DNA from: Candidatus Moraniibacteriota bacterium
Lineage (GTDB): Bacteria; Patescibacteriota; Minisyncoccia; Moranbacterales; UBA1568
Assembly (NCBI GenBank): GCA_016699975.1
Contig: CP064994.1
Location: forward strand, 193,222 to 257,221
Reading direction: 5' to 3'
Length of the DNA stretch: 64,000 nt
Under the pieces are notes generated by a model, which was not told the DNA's origin, did no database searches, and was given only the letters and a program-made list of their open reading frames with translations. Made by a program: the position numbers and the translations under genes. This document shows positions 31,476 to 40,561 of this stretch, one piece after another (the stretch's first letter is position 1; every line of letters starts with the position of its first letter).

Positions 31476-32561
31476 GGTGAGTTCAAGAATTTAATGCCCC
31501 TTTTCCAGTACCCTGGCAAAAACTTCATTCGGCGTCAAATAGTTAAGCGCTTTCCTCGGTCGATTGTTGAGTTTGTCCTGAACTGACCGAACTTCTTTTT
31601 GGGAAATTTTATCAAACGGGCATTTCTTCGGAAAATACTCTCGTAACAATCCATTCAAGTTTTCCACACCTCCTTTCTGCCAACTTTTGTAGGTATCGCA
31701 GAAGTAGGAAGGAAGAGAAAGTTTTGTTTCGTTTCTCCGTGCAAAACATTCTCCGTTCCATTATCTCTCGTAATACTTCTCCTCAATTGCTGCGGAAGCC
31801 GAGAGAAATGTCCCTGTATCGCTCGTTCGCTTTCGACCGCTGTTTTGTTTGGAACTTTCTTTAATCGGCATAGCTTCATTTTTCGCTCGTACTGTACCGA
31901 GAGTACTGACTTCTGTTTTGAGAATATCACGGAATCGGTTTCCCAGTCTCCAAAGTGTGTACGCTTGGTAATGACCGCGGGTCTTTCGTGAATGGGTATT
32001 CTATCCGGAATCGTCTCTTTTCGCGGTTTTCGAGAGAACTTTGGTCGTCTCCGCTTCTGTTTTCGTCGCAGATGTTTGTACCATCCGCCGACCCTTCCTT
32101 CTCCGCGGTAAATGTAATCATAGATGGATTCGTAACTTATCGAGGTATCCGTACACGAGGAAAGATTTTTCGGAGGAGATGTTTTCAACCGGCCGGCTAT
32201 CTGCTCCGGTGAATGTCCCTTCAGGAGTTCGCTTTCGACAAACTTTTTCAGTTTCTCGTTTTGCCATTTTCCAGTTTTCTTTTGTTGGTATTTTTCTTTC
32301 GTCTTTCCGCATACGCTTCAGCTCGGATGGCAACATAGGGAAGGTGCGGACTCGAATTTCTTCGTATCTCTCGCTTGATGACGGAGTAATCTCTTCCAAG
32401 TTTCTCCGCGATCCATGTTTTCTTTTTCTTCATGCGGAGAAAGCTTTCGATTCGCTCTCGTTCAAAGAAGGTTATGGACGTTCCTTTTGGCATATTCATA
32501 GCGTTTTTGGAAGTTAACGCCGGAGTATACCAGAAAAGGGGCTTCGGGGTTTGAATTCACC
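31476..32561 (-). mobile_element. IS30-family insertion sequence, copy 2 (inverted, 1086 bp); no target duplication; transposase degraded
   Basis: Near-identical to copy 1 with the same terminal repeats; the fragments (ORFs 32248..32499, 32118..32399, 31655..32188) carry HTH MPKGTSITFFERERIESF...REIRRN and the core ...GDWETDSVIF...SITRDNGTEN; flanks gag / gtg do not match. Confidence 0.85.
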
Positions 32562-33614
32562 GTGATTTATTTACCATCATTTAAAAAGCCTGTAACAATC
32601 AAGCCAGTAGCTCTAAATGAACTTGGAGAACAGCTAAGTATTTCTATTCCAGATGTGAGGGTGCCAAAGATTGAATTAGAAGAAAAAGAGCAAGAAAAGA
32701 TTGTAAACGATACGATTAAGTTTGTGTTTGGTACCTCACCTAAAGATGCTCTATCTAAAAGTGAATTTGAGAAGAGGTGTTTGATTTTTGCAAGGCATAT
32801 CGGAGAAAAATGGGAAGAGATACTGACAAGTTCTCATCATCCTATCGAGGAAAAACTTCCTGAAGTTATAGCAAAGATGGAAGCGGAGAGTTTTCGACTA
32901 CTGGTTCTATCTGGAGTTTTAGCGATCTATGGTACCGAGGAGCAAATAAAAGTGTTTGTAGAAACTCTTTCAGAGGTTTTGAAGTTAGCAAAAGGTAAAT
33001 CAGGGATTGTTGCAATTATTGCGGTTCCTGAGGTTATTGTTCTTTTGACGATATATATATTTACCTTGCTCGCATTAGCAACTCGAGACTTTAGTCGGTT
33101 AAAGGTATTTACCAATACCAGAGTCTATGGTTGGGTATACGATGGTGAGCCACCAAAAATCCTAGCCCTGAATCACGTTCACTACACCAGCGCATTAACC
33201 GGACATGCCGATAAAGTTGCGGACTTTGTTAGATCTAGACTTGAATCTATGAAGTGGTTAAAGTCTCTACACCCAAGACTGGAGAATATTCAAGATGTCC
33301 AAATACAAGCCAGTTTTCTTCTTAGTATGCTTATGCGCCACAATGATATTAGGACTTGGCCTGATTTTGGAAGATGGTACGCTCAAAGAATCACCTCTAT
33401 CGTAGAAAGGATAAAATATGATGATCAATATGTTAAACAAATAGCCAGTCTTTTTGATGTTCAATCCAAGGATTTGAGGTTGAAATTTTCGGAGTATCTT
33501 ACCGACTTTCGAAAGGCTGGGATGGCTCAGTATCACTGGGAATCCATCAGTCAGAAAGCACTCTTTACACCCGAGGAACTTACAAAGATGAAAGAGGAGA
33601 ACTTAGGAGATTAA
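32562..33614 (+). CDS. Hypothetical protein (350 aa, AT-rich), probably 5'-truncated by IS30 copy 2
   Basis: The ORF opens exactly at the IS boundary; first ATG is about 107 codons in; internal TM segment; no recognised domain. Confidence 0.45.
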   Translation: MIYLPSFKKPVTIKPVALNELGEQLSISIPDVRVPKIELEEKEQEKIVNDTIKFVFGTSPKDALSKSEFEKRCLIFARHIGEKWEEILTSSHHPIEEKLPEVIAKMEAESFRLLVLSGVLAIYGTEEQIKVFVETLSEVLKLAKGKSGIVAIIAVPEVIVLLTIYIFTLLALATRDFSRLKVFTNTRVYGWVYDGEPPKILALNHVHYTSALTGHADKVADFVRSRLESMKWLKSLHPRLENIQDVQIQASFLLSMLMRHNDIRTWPDFGRWYAQRITSIVERIKYDDQYVKQIASLFDVQSKDLRLKFSEYLTDFRKAGMAQYHWESISQKALFTPEELTKMKEENLGD

Positions 33615-33909
33615 GACATAATTTATGTGGTCTTTGGATTTTACTTTTGGAAAAACGAGCTAAAATTGAAACAAAAAATCGGTTAGGTAGGCGTCTAAAC
33701 TAGTCTAATTTCATGGACAACGCTTTCGTTTTTGGAGATGGAGGGGTAATTACTGGAGAAGATTGTTGGGCGAGTGAGAGGAAATAGTGAGGGATTTTAA
33801 CCGCGAGGATTTTGGGGCGACCCTTGCATAATATCAAGCTCCATGTTATCGTCCGCTGTCTGGTTCCTTGACAATTCATGTTCAACAATTCACCTATCGG
33901 AGGTGCAAA

Positions 33910-34741
33910 GTGGCTACTGTAGAAAAGAGTATTCGTCCCATGATATTCAGTGCTCCGGCTATTGGGGAGCGTGAAACGGTTTTTCCCTTGGCTCGAGAGC
34001 TGGTTCGTATTCAAGTTCCGGAAGCACTGATCAAAGATATCCTCGAAGCCTGCGATGGTCAGAGAACTTTGGATATGGTGCTGGAATTGCTTGAATCTAA
34101 GTGGGATCGCGATACATTAGAGAGCTTCTTGCGGCACTTGCACGAGAAAGGGGTGCTGTATGATAGCTCAAACTTGAGCGGTTTCGTTTGGCCGTTCGTT
34201 TCAAATCCGAGTCACTTCTCAAAAGCGGTGACTGATCTTCAGGTAGCTGAGATGGTTGAGCGAGCGTGCTTGAGGCAACGGAATCTTCCATCAAATATGT
34301 TTTTCACGGTGAAGGAGTATTATCCTTTCCAACGATTGGTTTCCAATCGGAAATCGGAACGATCCTTTTCAGGGAAAGTGATTAGCATGGAGCGTGTTGT
34401 TCAAATGCTGTGGGCGGGATATGGAGTTATTGCCGAATCTCAATCAGGAGTGGGCTTTGACCGTCATACCGTTCCGTCGGCGGGAGCATTGTATCCGTGG
34501 CGTGGTGATTGTGAATGGGTCGTTTAGTGTAGGGGAAGAGAAATATGGCAACAGGTCGCTCCTCTATGTTCCGCTTGAAGCGGGGCATGTCGCGCAGAAC
34601 ATTCTTTTGGAAGCGACAGAGTGCGGTGTTGCGACGGTGGAGATTGGCGGATTTCTCGAAGAGCCGATGCGAGACGCATTACGATTGCCGACGGAATTCG
34701 TTCCGTTGACCACCGTGGTGTTTGGCGATTCTGCCGGTGGT
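33910..34741 (+). CDS. SagB-type dehydrogenase (McbC-like nitroreductase-fold, TOMM 'B' protein), frame changed near 34508-34515
   Basis: SERSFSGKVIS...TVPSAGALYP hallmark motif, followed in the next frame by VVIVNGSFSVGEEKYGNRSLLYVPLEAGHVAQNILLEA...GGFLEEP; GGAGG RBS then GTG at 33910. Confidence 0.8.
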
Positions 34742-35970
34742 GGGGATCATGGACATCACCTGCCATGCGGATTCGAAGTTTGGTGGGCATATCCAAAAGC
34801 AAATGGATACGTGTTGCCGTTCAATCTCGTGTTTGCTCGATTGGCAAAAGCTTCCGGTGGAAGCGAAGAGTGGTCATGCGGGCGTTCTTCCGATCCTTTC
34901 GTGGCGTATGAAAAAGCGACTGCGGAAGTGCGGGAGTGGGCGGCATGCAGTCTTCCGCATAACCTTGTGAAGTCGAATATCGGATCGCTTGCGAGTGCGG
35001 TAGCGCCGGACAGCATAGTGGCGTTTCATCCCGATCAGTACGCTTCGCCGAGTTTTCCGTTCTTTCCCTTGAACAAGAAGGGGTCTACGAATGGAAGGAA
35101 GCCACAGACGTGGTAACGTGTGAAATACATTTCATTCTGGCTGACTGTATCTACTTCCCCTACTATCCGGAGTATCCGCGCTGTGCAAGTGCGAATTCTT
35201 CCGGAGCGGCTGCGTATCCCACAAGGATTGGCGCAGTTCGGCGCGGGGTGTTGGAGTTGATCGAGCGAGATGCCTTCATGATCGTGTGGCTCAACCGTTT
35301 GGTGATGCCAACGATCGCTGGTGGTAGTTTTCCGGATGATGTTCGGTGTCGTATTCGCAACTTGGAAGAAGCGGGTTTTGAAGTGATCATCAAGGATGCG
35401 ACACTTGATTTGGCTCCGGTTGTGTTGGTATTCGCGCAGAGCGAAGACTTGCATTACACAACGTGCTCCGCTTGCTGTTCTTTCAATGTTGACAGGGCGC
35501 TGAATCATGCTTTACTGGAGGTCGAAGCGGCGGTGTATTGTCGTTTGGCATTCGGCTCTTCAGAGCCGATGCTTCCCGAAGATGTGCGGATGACGCAGGA
35601 TCACGGGAAGCTGTACGAGCAAGAAGCTTTTTTCCGACAAGCGGATTTTCTGAAAGAGTCTCGGCTCTTGAAAGACTTGAGTGAAGTCGGCGAGGGCGCT
35701 TGCTTTCACTGGGAAATGCTGTTGGTGCGTATCGCGGAACAAGGAAGGAACGTTCTGGTGGTCGATCTTGAAAATCCGCATGTGGACGGTATTCAGTCAA
35801 ATCTGTTCATAGTGAAAACTTTTGTGACAGGATTGGTGCCGATAAGCTTCGGGTACAGAGAAGAGCCGTGCGGGATGCAAAGAATCTACGAAGTCCCTGT
35901 GACTTTTGGATTCCGTTCCGACCCGATTCGTTACGACGAACTCAACAGGTTCCCGCATCTTTACACATAG
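34742..35970 (+). CDS. YcaO cyclodehydratase domain protein (TOMM 'D' protein), frame changed near 35045-35075; contiguous with the SagB reading frame with no intervening stop
   Basis: N-part SCGRSSDPFVAYEKATAEVREWAACS; core SSGAAAYPTRIGAVRRGVLELIERDAFMIVWLNRL (YcaO ExxERD motif). Confidence 0.8.
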
Positions 35971-35993
35971 CTTGCGAAAGGGGGTGATGATCC

Positions 35994-36158
35994 ATGCAAG
36001 CAGGAAAAGCCGCGAAGGGGCAATCCTTCGAATGGTGCGTCACGGTTGAACCGCGGCGTTCGGGTAGAGGGCACGAAGCACTCTCGAGCAAAGGGAGCAG
36101 CAGCTCCGGTTCGTGTCAGCGTTCCAACAGCTGTCGGGCAAGCGCGATTCAACGCTAA
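35994..36158 (+). CDS. Candidate TOMM/RiPP precursor peptide (54 aa): MQAGKAAKGQSFEWCVTVEPRRSGRGHEALSSKGSSSSGSCQRSNSCRASAIQR
   Basis: Not in the ORF track because it is under 60 aa; RBS aaggggg 9 nt upstream; Ser/Cys/Gly-rich C-terminal core; immediately downstream of YcaO and followed by two strong hairpins. Confidence 0.5.
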   Translation: MQAGKAAKGQSFEWCVTVEPRRSGRGHEALSSKGSSSSGSCQRSNSCRASAIQR

Positions 36159-36174
36159 TCGCAACGGTTCGGCA

Positions 36175-36232
36175 GACTAAAGCGCTTTAGTCTCAACAAG
36201 GGGTCTTGGTCATGATGATCACGACCCCCCTT
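36175..36232. terminator. Tandem hairpins (20-bp perfect palindrome agactaaagcgctttagtct, then ggggtc...gacccc + T-run) between the convergent precursor and peptidase genes
   Basis: Read directly from the sequence. Confidence 0.7.
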
Positions 36233-37078
36233 TCATTTCCCAAATTCTGATTTTTCGTAAATTTTTTTTGGTGTGAGCTGGACGATATCGTTCCATGATG
36301 TGTCAGGATGTCGCTTTCGATACGCTTCAACCATTTGGTAGCCGATCGCATAGCCTGCCCAGAGAGGGTATTCTTTTCCTTCCAAGAAGACAGGATAGTA
36401 CATCTTTGTATTGCGAAACCGCTTCTTGAATTTTTCATACCACACGAGTGCTTCTTTGAACGGGAGGGCTTGCGAGGGCATATGTGCCTTCACGCCGAAG
36501 AGAAAGGAAACAAAACTTTCCGCTACTCCCTCAAAGACGAGGTCGTCCAAAAGATTTTTTCTCTCGTAGTGGTTATCCATTACCGTGTGCATGAACTCGT
36601 GACAGATCGTTTCGGTGAGCGCTTCTTTCCATCGCTCAGTTTCCTGCGGTGAAACATACAAGAGCAGGGTATTTTTGTAAGGAGTATAGCCCGAGACGCC
36701 ACCCATTTTGTCTTTGACGAAGGTGCTAAAGGTTGGGAAAAGAAATATATTGGTTGGTGAGGTGGAAACGTTTTTGTGACAAAGTTGGAGAGCTTCTTTT
36801 ATGGTGCGTAGCAATTCTGATTCCGAAATACTGAACGCTTGATGTTGAGTATTGGCATTCTCGAAGTCGGGAATATTATACGTGAGATTATCGTGGAGGT
36901 GTTTCTTTTTGGTGAATCCGGCGTAACCGATTGCTTTTGAGTAGGGAACTTCTTTGACGAAATTTCCAATGAGAGTCTCGTTATCGAACGCGGGATCGTA
37001 TTTTGTGAAAAGTTGAAGCGTTCCAATGTTACCCGATTTTCCCTTTTTCTGTATGTCAGTAATGGTGTGTGCTTGCAT
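36233..37078 (-). CDS. Putative zinc metallopeptidase (HExxH; DUF2268-like)
   Basis: TICHEFMHTV motif; 281 aa; AT-rich. Confidence 0.6.
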   Translation of the reverse strand: MQAHTITDIQKKGKSGNIGTLQLFTKYDPAFDNETLIGNFVKEVPYSKAIGYAGFTKKKHLHDNLTYNIPDFENANTQHQAFSISESELLRTIKEALQLCHKNVSTSPTNIFLFPTFSTFVKDKMGGVSGYTPYKNTLLLYVSPQETERWKEALTETICHEFMHTVMDNHYERKNLLDDLVFEGVAESFVSFLFGVKAHMPSQALPFKEALVWYEKFKKRFRNTKMYYPVFLEGKEYPLWAGYAIGYQMVEAYRKRHPDTSWNDIVQLTPKKIYEKSEFGK

Positions 37079-37182
37079 AGGGTTTTGGCAATAGATGGTT
37101 TATCCTTATAATTTCTTGAGGAAAGACTAGCACTTTTTCGGAGAAGTGTATATCGAAGAAGTCTTCTTCGGAACACATTTTT

Positions 37183-38865
37183 CTAGAAAGCAAAGATGAG
37201 AAGCTTACTTATTTGAGCCAAAGTTCCTTCCGGATACGGTATCGCTTGCTCCCATTCAAAGGTTCGGAAGCTGTCCCGCCAAGCGAGCACTAGTGAAGAA
37301 CTGGAGTATGAAAGCTCCAGTTTTTCTTTATCTGAAGGGTTTTTCAGAGGTTCGAACCTTTGAGAAATAGAATTTACCTGGAATGAGAACCCTTGAAGCT
37401 TTAAAATCGGATTTGTGGCTTCTATCAAGAACTTTCTTTCTTTGATAAAGAGGTTCGAACCTAGGCCATTTATGATGAGTTTTTTGGTTTCCTCATTTCC
37501 TTCCTGAAATCTATCTTTAATATCTTCAGCAATACTTAAAGTTTTCTCTAATCGATCAATCCATGTTTCTGAGGCCTTCTCAGAATCAGCTAGTATCTTT
37601 TTGAGTCTATCCCTGTCTTGTAAGATGGCTTCTCGCTTAGGCGTAAAAACCGCTTCAGGGATCTCGTTACTTAGTCGGAGCTCCAGTAACCTATCCAGTT
37701 TATCTTCCACGCTCTTTAAGGCTCGTTTCTGGCTTTCTAGAAGTCTTTGCTGCTCTTCAATGCTTGATGCCTCTTTGCTCCTAAAATAGCGTACAGCCCA
37801 CTCCTTAAAGCTTGCAGGGATGCTTATGGATTCAAGTAAACTGCCAATTTGGCTTTCTAGTTCCTTTTCCTCAATTACCTTTTTAGGGCAATCGGGATTC
37901 TTCTTCCCCGTACAGTGATAGTAAGTATAAAAGTGAACATTGCCATTCTTATTTCTCTTCACTTTATTTTCAGCCGTGATCATGGCGCCACAGCTACCGC
38001 ATTGAATAGTTCCTCTATAGGTGAAATCGTATTTATCTGGCCGAGTAGTGCCTCTCTTTCCTAGTATCGTTTGAATCCTTAAGAACTCTGCTTTGGTGAT
38101 TATGGGAACATGCTTCCCTGAATACCAGTTCCCGCTTCCTAGCGGATACTCAAACTCTCCGTAATAAAAAGGATTATTCAACATTGCATACCATGTACTA
38201 TTAGCGATAGGACTTCCGTTTCGATTTCTCAATCCCCATTCTTTCGTGGCTAATTGATATGCCTTCATTGGTGTGTATTCACCAGAAGCTATCCCCTTAA
38301 ACGCTTTCCTGATCACATCGAAACGTTCAGGGTCGGTAAGCACCTCCTTGTCTCCTTTGAGTTTCATCGGATTAGCGGCATACCCATAAGGGGCTACTCC
38401 AGGGAACCAGCCTCGCTCTGCCTTAGCCCGAAGTCCTCTTTTGGTATCTGTACTTAAGTCTCGGATGAACTGGTTAGCCATTCCCAGCTCCACATTCATA
38501 AGGAGTACATTGTCAGAAGGGTAGTAATCTCGGCCTTGGGTCTTTATGTTTGTGATAAAGCCCTCCTGCAACAAGTGGCTAATCATTCCGCCATCAAGGG
38601 CGTTACGAGTGAGACGGTTAATTTTCCAACAAAGAATACCATCGGCCTCTCTTTTTTGGATTTTGCTAATCATTTGATTGAAGACAGGTCTTCCAATCGC
38701 TTTTGCAGACATGGATTCAGTAAGTACCTCAATCACGTTTAGATCATACTGAGTAGCTATCTTTTGAAGCTCATGAACCTGAGATTCAATAGAGGCCATT
38801 TGCCTATCCTCGGATTCGCTCGACTTACGAGCGTAAAGAATGTATTTATTTGCTTTCTCATACAT
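37183..38865 (-). CDS. Large serine recombinase (phage-integrase type)
   Basis: N-terminal resolvase domain YARKSSESEDRQMASIESQ...R; recombinase domain; zinc ribbon CGSCGAM...YYHC; coiled-coil C-terminal region. Confidence 0.88.
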   Translation of the reverse strand: MYEKANKYILYARKSSESEDRQMASIESQVHELQKIATQYDLNVIEVLTESMSAKAIGRPVFNQMISKIQKREADGILCWKINRLTRNALDGGMISHLLQEGFITNIKTQGRDYYPSDNVLLMNVELGMANQFIRDLSTDTKRGLRAKAERGWFPGVAPYGYAANPMKLKGDKEVLTDPERFDVIRKAFKGIASGEYTPMKAYQLATKEWGLRNRNGSPIANSTWYAMLNNPFYYGEFEYPLGSGNWYSGKHVPIITKAEFLRIQTILGKRGTTRPDKYDFTYRGTIQCGSCGAMITAENKVKRNKNGNVHFYTYYHCTGKKNPDCPKKVIEEKELESQIGSLLESISIPASFKEWAVRYFRSKEASSIEEQQRLLESQKRALKSVEDKLDRLLELRLSNEIPEAVFTPKREAILQDRDRLKKILADSEKASETWIDRLEKTLSIAEDIKDRFQEGNEETKKLIINGLGSNLFIKERKFLIEATNPILKLQGFSFQVNSISQRFEPLKNPSDKEKLELSYSSSSLVLAWRDSFRTFEWEQAIPYPEGTLAQISKLLIFAF

Positions 38866-38923
38866 AAGCTAACCAATTATGTATTACAGATCCAGAATAA
38901 TCTTTTCAGTCAAAAACTGCTAT

Positions 38924-39430
38924 TTATTCAATCAGGCCTCTTTCTCTTCGGGATTTTAAGATCATCTCACCCAGCTTAGTAAAATCGAATGTATTAACTA
39001 GCTCCAGCTTCTTTTCCATTGGTTTAGGCTCAAAAATGCCTAATCTTTCCATAAAGCGGTCGTAATCATCATAGTCTCCCTCCTCAACCTTCTTTCTTCC
39101 AAGACGCATAGCCTCTAAAATTCCAAACCCATCTGCTTCTAAGACTGCATTATTCAAAAGTTGAAGTTTTTTGTAATTTTGAGAGCCAATTTTTGCGGCT
39201 GTTGCATAATCGTCTGTATCGTAAACAGCGAGGGCGCACCTTACTCGATTGCCAAAGTAGGCCTTATTCGATTTATCTAGAAAAAGGGATGTCCAAAGTT
39301 TAAATTTTTCAGATTGCGCCTGCATAAGTTTAATAGGGGAGATAGTTTTGGCTTGTTCCTTGATCTTTAAAAGTTCTCTCTTGGCCTCGTTCTGGTTCTT
39401 TACCCCGTCGATTTTTTTAGGATTAGACAT
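38924..39430 (-). CDS. Hypothetical protein
   Basis: 168-aa ORF co-oriented with the recombinase. Confidence 0.45.
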   Translation of the reverse strand: MSNPKKIDGVKNQNEAKRELLKIKEQAKTISPIKLMQAQSEKFKLWTSLFLDKSNKAYFGNRVRCALAVYDTDDYATAAKIGSQNYKKLQLLNNAVLEADGFGILEAMRLGRKKVEEGDYDDYDRFMERLGIFEPKPMEKKLELVNTFDFTKLGEMILKSRRERGLIE

Positions 39431-39767
39431 ATTAGTTAACTTCTCGGACTTTATAAGTTTCTCTAAGAAGATTTAAAAATTGCTCAGTATACCTGGCAGC
39501 CTCTACTTCTGATAGCTTCATTCCAAATTCCTTTAGGAATAAGGCCTGAATTTCTTCTATTTCTTTAGGTGTAAACATAGAACTGTAGGCACTTACCTAC
39601 AGTCTAGAGTTCTTTCTTTTAAGTTCAGAGCACATTATGTGTACTACATATCTTGCCGTTTTTTGGCTTCACGAGAGACAATTCTTCTAATTTCTCCCAT
39701 ATAGAACTTCTCATTAAAATACTTTTTTACCAACTCTCGAATTTCAACTTCTGGTAAATGACGGTTT

Positions 39768-40097
39768 TCATAAATAAATCTGTTTCGCTCCTGTTTTTTT
39801 TAAGTCTTTTTTCTTTGTCTTTCCAAGCTTTTCTTTTTTTGAATCCTTTTTATCCAATTTATCTTCAACCGTTTTCCAGTTAGCTTTTATAAAATCAACT
39901 ACGTCTCTCTGCGTGGCAAATGGACTAATGCGAATAATGACGGGGTAGTATTTATTTTCACCCTTTAAATGGTTGAAGAAAGATTCATTCGTTTTTTTAT
40001 TCCCTGGTTGGTAATCTTCCCATTCTTCTTCTGTGTCAATGATCTTACAAACTCCCTCACTGGCAAAAAGATAGACTGCGAACTCAATATCATACAA
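39768..40097 (-). CDS. Hypothetical protein
   Basis: 109-aa ORF; Lys-rich C-terminus. Confidence 0.4.
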   Translation of the reverse strand: MYDIEFAVYLFASEGVCKIIDTEEEWEDYQPGNKKTNESFFNHLKGENKYYPVIIRISPFATQRDVVDFIKANWKTVEDKLDKKDSKKEKLGKTKKKDLKKTGAKQIYL

Positions 40098-40163
40098 ATC
40101 GAATAGAGCAAATAACCGGAGAGTAATGCTAATACTTTCAAAGTTCCTTATGGGTATTCTCTC

Positions 40164-40496
40164 TTATATTGGCCGTATTCTGTCTCGGAATTCTTTAATA
40201 AGTGAGTAACCTTCAGTGGGAAGGTAAAAGGGATGCGCTAATATCTCCTTTAAAATCATTGATTCCAACTCTAATCCCTCTTCTGGTATATCGAAATTTT
40301 TTCTCAACAAGGAAATCTGCTTTAACACCTCTTCTTTAACAAGAAGATCATTAAGGAAATAAGCCGTTTTGAGTGCTGCCTGTGTAACCCTTATCCCTCT
40401 TTTTTGACAGTCCTGTATGTAGGGTTGGAGAAGCTCCCTTTGGCGCTTTCTCTTCTCGTGAGGTTCTAAGACAGCTTCTTTTCCTGATCTCTTCAT
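40164..40496 (-). CDS. Hypothetical protein
   Basis: 110-aa ORF. Confidence 0.4.
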   Translation of the reverse strand: MKRSGKEAVLEPHEKRKRQRELLQPYIQDCQKRGIRVTQAALKTAYFLNDLLVKEEVLKQISLLRKNFDIPEEGLELESMILKEILAHPFYLPTEGYSLIKEFRDRIRPI

Positions 40497-40561
40497 ACGC
40501 TTTTACCCTTAGTATGAGCCAAAGTTTGCCTTCAATAAAGCCCGGGGTTATCATTGATAAC

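Noticed and set aside
35961-36164. 67-aa minus-strand ORF from the track, overlapping the candidate precursor peptide
   Set aside because: It has no RBS or recognisable features and is antisense to a plus-strand ORF that has an RBS, co-orientation with YcaO and downstream terminators. It is kept only as the alternative hypothesis.
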